A DNA stretch of 61,097 bases, filler included, from Sphacelaria rigidula (GCA_964200075.2; 8 parts of 8 records of this genome joined end to end with filler, not necessarily neighbours in it); one strand, 5' to 3'. Positions 49,837 to 61,097 are shown, numbered from the whole stretch's first letter. The notes: generated by a model not told the origin, from the sequence alone. Numbers and translations: made by a program.

Positions 49837-52150
49837 TGAAGTGCGTGGCAGGAGAGCGTGAGACACCACGAACATCACACCGATTTTCACGTCTAATTGC
49901 CACACCTCACCAATCTTTACAGGAGAAGAGTTGGGTATCAGAATGGTGAAATGAATCGCTGTTCAAATGACAGTCTCGTGGGGTGGGGGAGTGGGTGAAC
50001 ATCACCCCATTTCCCCTCGTCACTGAAAAACGTGACGTGTAAACGCTCGGTACTCTACAGACGGGATAGACGGTGGCGAGAGACGGCGCAACAGGACGGG
50101 GATAAGAAAAGTGGAAGGTGCTTCTGTAATACATCGGGAGGGGGGGGGGGCGTACTCATCGGAGGGGAAGCGTAATGAGCACCCAACCGTTGGAGGTGTT
50201 TCTATTCGGAGCAGGAACGGTGCTCCATCTCGAAAGAGATGCTTGGTCAATGGTCAAATGACTAAGGCAAGCAACATTTCAGTACGCCCCCCCCCCCCTC
50301 CCGGGGGACGGGGACAAGATATGTAAAAGGTTATTGTGTCATGTATGGAAGAAACGTAGTGAGCTGCAGAAGAAACGTAATGAGCGCAAGAACGTTGGAG
50401 GCGTCTCTATTAGGAGTAGGAACAGTGCTCCATCTCGAAAGGGATGCGTGGTCAATGGTCAAACGACTAAGGCAAGCAACAGATGAGTACGCCCCCTCTC
50501 GCACCGTGTTTCCTCTTGAGGGCTGGAGTCGATTGGTGACTGCGATGTAGAACACACAACTCACTGCGTAAGCTAGGCAACCAGGTCACCGGGGTGGGGG
50601 GATCGCTTGAATGTTTTCGCGATAATCCATGATGGTAGTCGAATTAGACCATATTGTGCGGCGTGGGAGAAGCTCAACTCCGCGCAAAGGGGATAATCGT
50701 GCTACGCGGTGTTCAGATGGTGAGACACCCGTGAGGCAGTGTATAAGCCGTGGCTGCCTCTGGAAGTGGCGATACCAGAAAACGAAGCAACTCATTGGCC
50801 GCTGTCATCCAAATACAATATAACCAGTACGCTTCGGGTCGAGCAACCTTAGCAGGATGAAGCTCACCCCTACATGCGACTCGCCGAACACATCACGGCG
50901 CTTCGCGCTTGGTGATTGATTGCGAGTCTCGTCGGGCGAAAACCCGGCGTGCTCCGCCCCGGCTTTGTGGGGAGGCGAGGTCAACGGTCCTATGGCTACG
51001 GAATGCAAGATCATGAGTACACCCTCTCCCCCCTCCTTCCTCCCCCCCCCACCGCACAGCGCACCTGCAGCACCATCCCGAACCGCTCGTACGTCGACGT
51101 CGCCCGCCAGCCCACAACTCTTGGTCGCATCATACCACGGTGCCGGGGGAGATTTTTTCACCGTCCGCAGCGCATCCACCGCGCCTTCTAGCAAGGCAGA
51201 TACCGGAGGGGCCGCCGCTGTCACCGGTCCCCCGGGACCTTCCGCGGGGGGATAGAACGTCCCTAGGCACTTTCCCAGGTCCAGCAGATGTACCATGCTC
51301 TGTCCTGTGGCTTCCGCCCACGACGCTGCCGGTCCTGCTCGGCCGGCAGCGATGCGCCCCCCCGTGACCTGCCGTGATTTGTGCAGTTTGCAATGAAGTG
51401 ATTGCGTGATTGTTCACGTGAAGGAGAACAGAGGACAACAACAAAAAAGGGGGGACGGAAACGCTGCGCTGCGACTATATCGTACAGCAAGATTTCATCC
51501 CGATACAATGTGTGTGTTGGGTGAAGGAATGCCCACTACAGAATTGGAAGAAAAAATGTGTAAAGATGGAGAGAGGACTTTTTCTTTCATTTTCTTGTTT
51601 TTATTTTGTTTATTGTGGATAAACACAAATGACTGTACCACCGATTCTAGCACTTACTTGGACGAATGGAACTTTCTCGGAATTGCATTCCTCGATTCAA
51701 AAAATGAAAACCAAGATTCGGATCTTTAGTGAGCCTGACAGCCCCGAGTGCTCCTATGACAGCGTGCGCAGAACGCACTTCTTGTCCAACTCGGCGCCTG
51801 TGGCGCCGACCTGAGGCCTGCCAACCCACCCTTTGCTTAGGGCATCCTTCGCGCCCCCCTTGGCCCGAGGGGTCTCAGTATGCCTTGAGTTGGGGCTAGG
51901 GTTAGGGTTAGTTCGAAATCCCGGAAATTCCGATGAAGGTTTTCAAAGAGTCGTTCGACCAAGTGGCTACATGACCTCGTCTTACCTCGCTTCCAGCAAC
52001 AGCTACATCCGGATTTGGCGCCATGGTGGTGCCAACGAAGGGGGTCCTGTACGCGGGGGTGTTAAACGCCATGGAGTCAGCGGTGTCTGCCGAGGCAGCC
52101 GTCGTAGGTCGCCCGTACGTCTGCTGCCCGCCGTGCTCCGCTGTGCCTTC
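46305..52150 (-). CDS. Internal exons of a hypothetical Ala/Gly-rich low-complexity protein
   Basis: Exons 52150-51986 (phase 0-0), 51817-51779 (0-0), 51368-51065 (0-1), 49204-48250 (1-2) and 46549-46305 (2-1). All are AG/GT bounded, phase-compatible, stop-free and GC-rich (~568 codons). No domain recognised. Confidence 0.7.
46625..47325 (-). mobile_element. LINE family B 3' portion (ORF2 C-terminus), decayed and interrupted by an insertion at ~46945-47195
   Basis: GDLDLPERRKR..EEEVDG*NCPC.. / ILAECE / YKEERDVLEGEIRDVDE..ALDSREK / MAILGNRWWPETAKQGEDKICKTFLYNVWKKCDER..GGVSIWSRNGVPSREGCVVNGQTTKASNR*. The CPC..E..(H)..C pattern resembles the C-terminal zinc knuckle of LINE ORF2. Confidence 0.75.
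47332..47384 (-). mobile_element. 53-bp family B 3'-end insertion with a 16-bp target-site duplication
   Basis: TCCAGGTCCCAGGGGG at 47316-47331 and 47385-47400 flanks CGTACTCATTTGTTGCTTGCGTTAGTCGTTTGACCA... Confidence 0.85.
49404..49654. mobile_element. Intact ~250-bp MITE with ~28-bp TIRs
   Basis: Left AGCCATGCTACAATAGGGGTTGCACTTT; right reverse-complemented AGCCATGCTACAGTAGGGGTGCACTTT. Related TIRs at ~8905-8928, ~15342-15368 and ~22976-23000. Confidence 0.85.
49767..49834. repeat. (GT)n microsatellite (another at 52156-52192)
   Basis: Direct reading. Confidence 0.97.
50140..51030 (+). mobile_element. Cluster of non-LTR 3' ends: family B remnant (-) at ~50150, family B (+) 50165-50290 and 50305-50495, longest family A copy (+) ~50500-51020
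   Basis: Four (ATG)AGTAC(G/A)CCC termini within 900 bp of one intron, each followed by a C-run. Confidence 0.8.
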
Positions 52151-52153
52151 CTG

Positions 52154-52195
<42 letters not shown>

Positions 52196-52231
52196 GTGAC
52201 GTCAGCGTGCTTCCCCCGCCCCTCAACGAGG

Positions 52232-52490
52232 AGTGGCGATACCAGGAAATGAAGCAACCCATTGGAGGCTGTCATCCACATGCAACAGAATAAGTACGCT
52301 TCGGGCCGAACAATCTTGGTAGGATGCAGCTAACCATTTCTGCGACTCGCGGAACACATCACGGCGCTTCGCGCTTGGTAGCTGATTGCAAGCCTGGTCC
52401 GGTTGAAACCCGGCATGCTCCGTCCCGGCTTTGTAGGGACGCGAGGTCAACGGCCATATGACTACGGAATGCAAGATCACGAGTAGCCCG
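52232..52490 (+). mobile_element. Retroposon family A copy
   Basis: AGTGGCGATACCAGGAAATGAAGCAAC..GGAATGCAAGATCACGAGTAG, with CCCGCCCC on both sides (52215 and 52486). Confidence 0.85.
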
Positions 52491-53145
52491 CCCCCCAGGA
52501 TAATTACATTTTCTTCGGTTGTCACACTTTCATTTCCCCTTCTCCTTTTCCTCAGTACGAGCCCATGATAGTTCTCAAGGGATCAACCAAACCAAACCAA
52601 AATATGGCCATACAGCGCCTGATGTTTGGGTTCAGGCTGCGTGAAGCGTCTCATATTGGCGACATTGGCAAGAACGAACCCAAGCATGGGAATTCGATGC
52701 GGCTCGTCGTGCTCGGTCTGTTCCATTTCGATTTCACGTGAACATTTTTCCTGCCCAAACCATGCACTTTTATTTGGGGGGGGGGGGTTATCGTAGAAAG
52801 AACGTGTCAAATGAACCAAATGACACGAAAAAAACCCAGCAAATTTCAATACAACGTGAGAAAAAATCACCACCAAATTAATAAAAACTCAGATGGATGG
52901 ATAAAAAAAAATACCGGGACGAATGTAAACAACGAATTAATCAAACTACTATAAAACCAGCGACAAACCAACAAATACCAGGGCTGTGAACTGGCAGCTC
53001 TGGTCACTCAAGATTATACTGGCCGTGCCAATGGCCATTACATCGATGTTTTCCCAGTTAATCGACTTCGCCGATTCACCGCAAAAGTATCGGCGGCGAG
53101 CGGCGAACTAGCGAGCCCCAACCTTCCTCTCCCGGGCTGTCAATG

Positions 53146-53390
53146 GACAGAATTGCCCTTGTGGCAAAGCAGAAGAGAACAGAACTCGTATACTGGCAGA
53201 GTGTGAACTATATAAAGAGGAACGGGACGTGCTAGAGGGGGAAGTGCGATACGTGAACGAAGGTGGCATGAATTCGTTTGATGCATTAGACAGTAGAGAA
53301 AAAAATGATGGCTATAGTAGGAGATAGATAGTGATGGCCACAGACGGCGAAACAGGACGGGGATGAGATATGTAAAAGGTTTTTGTGTAC
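53146..53390 (+). mobile_element. LINE family B ORF2 C-terminal fragment
   Basis: QNCPCGKAEENRTRILAECELYKEERDVLEGEVRYVNEGGMNSFDALDSREK..WPQTAKQDGDEICKRFL; nucleotide match to the reverse complement of 46765-46935. Confidence 0.78.
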
Positions 53391-54953
53391 GAGCTGGGAC
53401 AGCCTAGAGGCTGCATGGACGTTTGCAGGCGGATGCGCCGGCCAATATNNNNNNNNNNNNNNNNNNNNNNNNNNNNNNNNNNNNNNNNNNNNTTAATTAA
53501 TTAANNNNNNNNNNNNNNNNNNNNNNNNNNNNNNNNNNNNNNNNNNNNATGGACACAATCCCGGGGAGCGGTTGATTCTCATTTCAAAATACGTTCTCAT
53601 TTTTCTGGCAACCCTGTTGTATATTGATTTCGGACTGGCTGTGACCATGCAGCATGGTGGTGAAGGTGGGGGTATCTCGTTTTCGTTCCGCTATGAAGTC
53701 TGATTAGGCGCCTCGGTTTCCAGAGGGGAGAAGTCACAATGGGACTATGTGAAGAAATCCCACTGAGACCGTTTTCATTGTGCACCGTTACCGTCTATAT
53801 TTCCTTCCAGTCTGACTCTAAGATGCGAAAAACATTTTTCGAAGCTCTCCAGCATCGACGTTAAAGTTCTCTCTTGGTCAATATCCATCCATGTGCACAG
53901 TTGGTTCCTCCCTGTTGTAGTACATACCGCCCCACCACACTAACGTGCGAATATTCCAACATTTTAGGCACTGCTCCGCGCCCTACCGGAACAAGAAATA
54001 TACTCCAGCATATCTGCGCATACCCAGTGCTGTCGTCTTGCTGTGTTATGAACGCACTTGCTGGGTGTATCATGGCCCAGGGAGCACCGCACGGCAATGC
54101 TGGTGCTGTCGGCGTTGTCGCTAGGTTACGAAGTCGTCGTGGGCGCTGTACAATTTGTGGGGATCTATTTTGTAGTCTACACCAGTAGTACCGACACGGG
54201 ATTGAGGAAATCATCACCCACTCAAGTCTACCTCAGGATCGATGTTTTTCAAAACCAGTAGGGCCAGGCCCTGCATATACCACGCCCCTGACCATAACCC
54301 CAACACTCTACGCATGCTGCATACAGCCCTTGAAAATTGGCCCAAGTTGAACGTATCTTGAAGCTCTAGTGAAGCCAAATCGCGTAAAAAACGTACTTCC
54401 GGCACGGCGCCTCCAGCGGAGCCCTCCGCGGGCACCTCCGGCACCCCCCACCCCGGCTGAGGAGGGGGGGGCTTTTTGGCTCGCAGCTGCGCCGGTCGAT
54501 GATGAAACCATTACGCACCATTCAACTGGCTAATGAGTGCGCTAAGTGTAACCATTCAAGGGGTTAATTGTTAGGCAAACCATTTCCGAGCTCTAGCAAC
54601 AGAGTTAGGGCATGTCTGAAACGAATCGAAATGTTTATCAACCTTTATCGTGCCTCTTGAGCAAGCTTTTCGCGGATAGCACGACGAAAGGTCGAGCAAG
54701 ATGCACATGTGGACGGTGCGACCGAACACGGACACGGGGCGCACCTAAACCTTGTTTTTCGGCGTCTTGATCTGATTTAATAAACATTGTAGTATAAACA
54801 AGGTGCGGGATGTACTCGGTCTCACCCATATTTCCACAAACGGGTGCTTTCGCCACGTCTGTTCAGTTTGCGATGATGTTCTCTTTCAGCTCTATTTCTG
54901 GCCAATCACGTTTTGAGCAATTTCCATCCTCAATACCATTCTGCCTGGAGTAG

Positions 54954-57900
54954 GTGGTGACTGTTGCGGGAGCACCTGCGAGGACGGGCGCTTCTATGAC
55001 TGTCGCTTCGGAATGAAGAACTGTTCGGACCCGGCCGTTCTTGGTACCGGCTACCCGAACTGCACAGGGAACTTATTCATCGTCGGGGATCGGACATGTG
55101 ACCTCGAAAACAACAATCCATCCTGTGGGTACGACGGAGGCGATTGTTGCACCTGCAGTTGCTTGGAAAGTGGTGACTGCAAATCCAGTCACTCCAAGTG
55201 TTTGGACCCGAGTGCTGCTGACGAGGTCTATGCGTGCGAGGAACCACCTCAGGCTGGCCCTCGTTGCTCAGCAGCAGCTCAGCGGGAGTGGGTGGTGGAC
55301 AATGTCGCACAGGCACGTGCTCTAGCGGATGCCGTAAACTGCTCCGGTGGGTATTTTGAGGTGGAATGGAAAGGCACGGTTGTGGTGGAGAAGACGATAT
55401 ATCTATTTGGTAGAACTATTCTTAACATAACGGGCAATGGTTCGGCACACATTATGAAAGGCACCCCGAACGTCGGCCTTTTCACGGTCGTGAATGCCTC
55501 TCTTCACGTCAGCGACGTCAACATCAGCGACAGTGCTAGCGTCTCTGGTGGAGCTATCGCTCTCGCAGGTTCGAACTTGACGCTGATTCGATCGACCTTT
55601 TCCGGCAACCGCGCATCTGGTAACGGTGGCGCCCTGTTCCTGTCTGCCGGATCTAGAGTTTCGTGTTATGGGGGGAGTGTTTTTTCTGGTAATAGTGCTG
55701 ACGGCGGCGGTGGCGTTATGCATGTGTCTGGTGGCTCAGTAGTGTCGTTTCACGGGAATACTACTTTCGAAAGTAACAGCGCTGGTGACGATGGCGGCGC
55801 TATTAACGTGCTTGAAAACTCCACGGTAACGTTTCTTGGCATTTCCACCACGTTCTTTGGAAACAATGCCCTCCGGGGCGGCGGTGCTGTTTCTGCTTCT
55901 TGGGATTCCACAGTCTCCTGGATTGGGGCGATAACATGTCGTAAAAACACGGCTGTGTTTGGCGGTTGCGTCCAATCAAACGACTCCAGCGTATTTTTTG
56001 GTAGAGAGACAATCTTCGACCTCAACTCTGCGGGCAACGACGGGGGTGCAGTAGCTGCGGTGGGCTCAAGCGTTTCGCTTGAAGGAAAAACGACCTTCTC
56101 CGGAAACGTTGCTGATTATTTCGGAGGTGCGCTGTACGTCTTCATGGCAAATGTTTCGTGGACAGGGGTTGCAACATTTGTCGACAACAAAGCTGTAGAC
56201 GGGGGTGCGCTGATGCTGTTCGAGGGAGCGAGGCTACTCTCGTTAGATGCTGAAACACTGTTTGCACGCAACTGGGCCGTTGATTCCGGCGGTGTGGCAC
56301 ATCTCCAAGACTCCTACGCTTCGTGGACGGGGAACACGACGTTCGTGAAGAATTCGGCTGGTCATATGGCGGGTGCTGTTCATGTATCCTTTTCATCCAC
56401 TCTTGAGTGGGACGGCAACACAACCTTTGAAAACAATTCTGCTTCGTTCGCGGGTGGCGCCCTCCATGCATTTGAGAGCAGTGTTTCTTGGAGTGGAGAT
56501 ACAAAATTTACCGGAAACTGGGCCAGCCGAAACGGGGGGGCATTGGACATATTGGACTCCAATACCTCGTGGGCCGGGGAAACGCGTTTCGCCTGTAACA
56601 ATGCGTCAGGTGGAGGAGCTCTGTATGCTGCCCGCGCCAATCTCTCTTGGGCGGAAGAAACAGAGTTCTCTGGAAACGCGGCTGACTACGGGGGGGCTTT
56701 GCTTATCAGTGATGGCGTGAACGTCAGTTGGACGGGGCGAACGCTGTTCGATTCCAATAAAGCCGAAGTAAATGGCGGGGCATTGGGCTCTAAAGTTTCA
56801 GACACCAATGATGTTAAGGATTCGTCAATTCTCATCGGTGGCGCCACACAATTTGTGGACAACGAGTGTAAAGCAAATGGGGGCGCATTGGCCATGCTAG
56901 GAGCACTGGTGATAACGTTCGGAACAGTCGATGTCGTGTTTGCTGGAAATGTTGCCCATGTTGCGGGCGGAGCAGTTTTCGTTTCAAGTACTGGCATCGG
57001 CCCCGTGTTCCGCGGGGTGAGCTTTATTTCCAACGCTGCTCAGGTCGGCGGTGGCGTCTTCGCCACCGCTAGTGGCACCGTATCGACTAATGAAGGTGGG
57101 GAAGAAGTGCCAAACCCCACAACCTACGATAGGTGCGCGTTCATCGGGAACACCGCCAACTCCACTGGAGGGGGAATTGAGAGTGCGGCAGGGATCGATG
57201 ACATCATCAACACATCATTTGTCGGTAACAAAGCGGGGGTTGGGGGAGCTCTGCGACTTGCTGGCACCGCATCCCTGGACAATTGCTCGTTTGTCGATAA
57301 TATTTCGGACGAGGGAGGGGGACCCGCAGTGTCCAACTTGGGATTCATTAGCGCCATTTCGAGTGGATATTTTCGGAACAACAGTTTTTACTGCCAGTCT
57401 GGGGAATATCTCTACTTCGATACGGTGAGTGCTTATTATTGCACATCTTGATTGAATTTATTTTGCGCCTTTTTTCCCGGTGAGACCAAGCGTGAGCAAC
57501 CTTTCTCCCTAGCCCGCCCATACCGCCACGTTCACCGCACAATCAATGTCGGCATGCAGGGTCGCCCTGCCCCGATGGTCTGTATTGTACCGCTTGTAGC
57601 CGAGTTGACAGTTCCACCCGTTTGTTCGTGGCGAGTATCTGATTTCCGTAGTTGAAAACGTTAGGTGTGAGTAGCAGAGTTCGTTCGACATGAGTCGAAG
57701 TTATGCGGGAGTGCTGCTCCAACCCGCGATACCAGAATGTGAGGTATGTATTTCGAGGGGGGGGGGTGAGTGGACCTCTGGCGAGTACGAGGCCATCACA
57801 AGGCAGTGAGAGCTTCGAAGTACGACAAAAGAAACAAAGCTCAGCAAGATCCGATGAGGGTGAAACGACACTGTCATGGTGAAACAGGTGGCGCTTCCAT

Positions 57901-58597
57901 TAACCGATCGAATACCAACGCATATCAACCTGTAACCGCTGTATCACGGTAAGCTGGCTCTGCCTTGTGAATTATCGGTGACTTCACACGCGACGGAAGC
58001 ATTTCGGAAAGTCTGTTTACCGTCGTTCGTCACACGAAAATCTGCGAAGGCTGTGAAAGATGATGTTGCGCCACATTCGAGTTGAATGGTTGTGGTGAAC
58101 GCTTTTACTGTTTCATATATCGATAGACAAGTGTCGCTGAAAGTTTGGGGGAAATTTTGAACACCTCCCGAGCCGACGGCTGCAGGGGCACCGTGTTTCT
58201 CACAATCGCGGTCTTCTCGAAGAGTTCATGGTGTATAGATACATCCAGTAGGGTATAGAGCGCTAAACGTAGGCCTGGTGTCCACGTTCCCGACGTGCCG
58301 ACTCCCGCTTTCTTTTCCAGGATGGTGGACCCTACGCCTCGTTCTGCAGTGGGTGCAACACGAAATGCGAAGGCTGTTCGTACGGCGAACCATTGTTGAT
58401 TCCGAAATGCGGATTGGCACTGCAGCATTCGAAAAGCCCCGGTGGCAATGTCACACTTGAAAAGCTGATCATCGATCCCGGATATTGGCGAGCCACGATT
58501 TTCAGCCTCGTCGTCCTGGCATGTTTCAACGCGGATGCATGCCTTGGAGGAGTGACGGGGGCGGCCGGCTACTGCCGAGAGGGTTACGAAGGGCCAT
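54954..58597 (+). CDS. Polymorphic outer-membrane-protein-like (Chlamydia Pmp-type GGA[ILV]/FxxN beta-helix) surface protein with N-terminal LNR (Lin-12/Notch) repeats; partial gene
   Basis: Exon 54954-57424 (TAG acceptor, ACG/GTGAGT donor) encodes GGDCC..DP, C..GDRTCDLENNNPSCGYDGGDCC (LNR) and about 20 FxxNxAxxxGGA repeats. Phase-0 exon 58321-58597 encodes the Cys-rich ..PGYWRAT..C.NADACLGG..YCREGYEGP. First and last exons not found. Confidence 0.9.
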
Positions 58598-58991
58598 GTA
58601 CGTGATTTTTGAACGTATCATGGATAACGTTTGTGCAATGTGTTGATCAGTTGCATTATCATTCGTGCTTACCCCATCTACGTCCGGGTTTCAATTTATT
58701 CACCTACACTGTCGTTGAGGTAATCACGTTGATGCAAGTTAGTATATGGTTGCCGAAGAAAAGCCAGCTAAAAACGCAGACTTCTGGCGACGGTGCTTGA
58801 TGTTACACAGATGCCGTAGATGCTGTTTCATGTCTGACCGCAGACAGTTTCACGACGAGACGTGGAGTCGATCAATGAAGACAAAATCAAAGCCACGTGC
58901 CCCGGCCCGGCTGTTGGTGCTGCATACGCTCCGCTGCTAAGAACCGGGATACCCTGGGCGCACACACCGTGATACCGTAAAAACTGGAATA

Positions 58992-59203
58992 CTGTAATGC
59001 GTGAGAGGATCGCGTGCTTAGAGGGTCGCGCCGTAGTTCAAAACACCTCAAGATCGCTTTTTTCAAAACCAATCGGGCCAGTCCCTGCAGGTACCACGCC
59101 TCTGACCCTAACCCCAACACTATCCCTAACCCTAACCCTGACCACAGAGATGTTCAAATTCCGATGCGGTCCTCTAAGCACGCGGTCCTCTCACGCATTA
59201 CAA
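58992..59203. mobile_element. 212-bp MITE with 38-bp TIRs, TA target duplication and internal CCCTAA telomere-like repeats
   Basis: TA|CTGTAATGCGTGAGAGGATCGCGTGCTTAGAGGGTCGC ... GCGGTCCTCTAAGCACGCGGTCCTCTCACGCATTACAA|TA (4 mismatches); internal CCCTAACCCCAACACTATCCCTAACCCTAACCCTGA. Internal fragment also at ~54230-54310. Confidence 0.88.
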
Positions 59204-59585
59204 TACGACACTTCAATACGGCATGCGATTACTTCTTGTTTCGCGATAGGTATTTACGTCAAATCATTTGTGACGGCCAAGTGCAGCAGGTTCTTGTACA
59301 TTTCAGCCCCATCACGACTTCTCGAAACTCTGTCCAGCGTTTTCGTTTATGAGCCAAGAGGAAGTTTCATCTTGCTCACCTACCTCCATATAATCCTACC
59401 AGAAGTTGTTCCCTCCTCTTGTCGTCTTTTCACTTAGTACTTTCCTCTGTGAAGCACGTCTTCGATTCCGTTCCAACAGTGCTTTCCAAAACATATTTTC
59501 ACTCGTCAATTTCCGATTTCTCGCATATAGCGCATCAGTGACGTCATCGTCCAATATCCCGATGTACCGATGCTAGCAGAAACCG

Positions 59586-59616
<31 letters not shown>

Positions 59617-61024
59617 ATGTGTGCATCGGCTTTTCATGATTCCACAATTGCTCCCTGCTTGTTGTGGAGGTACCCGTTTCGTTTCCCTCCATCGTGAGAG
59701 GGTCGTGAATGAATGATTTCCCGTTCATATTGCACGCACGTGTCTATGTAGGATACTGTTTTTGCCGGAGTGAGAGGGTCTAGCTTCTGATCGAGAGTAA
59801 ATTCTTATTGGGAACACTTTTTCAAAATGTGCTACTATTAATGAATGAAATACTGACGAGTAATATTAGGGACCGATCCGTCTTGTTGAACTCACAAAAA
59901 GAGGGGGAATGAGCATCTCAGCCATTAAGACATCCCTCTCATGAATGCGCTGGTGTGCGTTAAGCAGGTTGTGACTGCAACTCGTGCATAACACCATGCA
60001 CTCGAAGCATGTCGTTCCGATTAATACGTTGGATGGAAGTGTAAGGTGTTGACCAGTAACAATTCCGAAGGATTTTTGATCGGCGCTTGTTCACTGTCGG
60101 GTTAATCATCCAACGTTATGCCAACCAATTGACGCCAGAGTTGGCAATCTGGGTCCTTTCGTAAGCTTTCAAGTGAAGATAATGCCGATCCGTCAAAACG
60201 GCTCAAATATTTACTCTCAATCAAAACGCGTACTCTCAATCTGGCGAAAATATCGTCGTAGGCTGTCCGTTTGTTCTCTTTTATTTACCTCAAGGGGGGT
60301 GAAAAAAGCCTGAAATACCGCATAGCTCGGAGTCGGGGGGGAAGGGGGGGCTTTGCTGATTCCGCGATAGGGTAGGCCTATATTTTGCTTGTCTAGTGCC
60401 CAAACTTCACTCCGAAGTTTGGAGAACCGCGCCGCGCATGGTCTGTGACCTGTGGCGAGGGATTTTGGACAGCTTGCCTCGTACACGATGATAACCATTT
60501 GTTGCTGCAGAACAGCGCAACTTTCGTGACCATCTCGTGTTGGTTCTTTACTTCGAATGCAGCATGTGCTTACCTTTTGTGTTTCCCCGTCTGTGAGGGC
60601 TTGTGATTGTCCACAGAGCACTCCTGTTTAAGGTATCGATCTCGTCGGCGCCAGGATCGTCGTCATTTTGTGAAGCTGCAACTACCAAGAGTTTCAGATC
60701 TCTTCTGTAGCAGCAATCACCGGGCAAAAATGAATTGAGCGAAGTGGTACATTGGCATAAGTAGACTCAAATAGACTGCATCGCGGTCAGAGGGTTAGTA
60801 CATAAGCCCATCCCCGACGCGGTTCAACACATGTTTCCAATACCAACGCCCCCCCCATATATTCACCGTGTCGTAAATTCTACTCCTCGCATCTGTCGTT
60901 ACTTTCTGAGCGGCTGGAGCGATCGCGGTTGAATTTCCTGCATTGGCTGAGATCGCATGCGAAAAGCGCTGTGGCAGCCGTCACTTGTGCCTTGTTGGTG
61001 CATTTCCCCCCCCCATTAAGGTTT

Positions 61025-61097
61025 GCTCCGTCTCGAAAGGGATGCGTGGTCAATGGTCAAATGACTAAGGCAAGCAACAAATGAGTACGCCCCCCCC
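61025..61097 (+). mobile_element. 5'-truncated LINE family B 3' end at contig end
   Basis: Identical to 9165-9234; preceded by a C10 run and followed by a C-run. Confidence 0.8.

Noticed and set aside
54097-54124. Signal-peptide first exon (MLVLSALSL) for the Pmp-like gene
   Set aside because: Phase-compatible, but it would join to half an LNR repeat and the donor is weak; not supportable without transcripts.

Overview
Eukaryotic, intron-rich, repeat-rich DNA, most likely a brown alga (Phaeophyceae). This is inferred from the long GT-AG introns, TTAGGG repeats and a Pmp-like beta-helix gene family. The window is not one locus: it is eight unrelated ~7.55-kb contigs joined by 100-nt N/TTAATTAATTAA/N spacers. 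Spliced genes that can be reconstructed with consistent exon phases are an NAD(P)H-binding flavin-reductase-like gene (936-5806,+), part of a GBF/BIG-type Sec7 ARF-GEF (33252-37926,+), part of an LNR + Pmp-like beta-helix surface protein (54954-58597,+), and fragments of three hypothetical genes on the - strand. The rest is decayed Ty3/gypsy and Ty1/copia retrotransposons, LINE 3' ends, SINEs, MITEs and satellites. Most notable are: (1) a non-LTR retroelement pair that shares a ~55-nt 3' tail, has no poly(A) and appears to insert at C-tracts, supported by a 16-bp TSD; (2) a TA-flanked MITE family carrying telomeric repeats; (3) a 114-bp near-perfect palindrome; and (4) a tandem hairpin array. 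No prokaryote-type system (CRISPR, operon) is supported.
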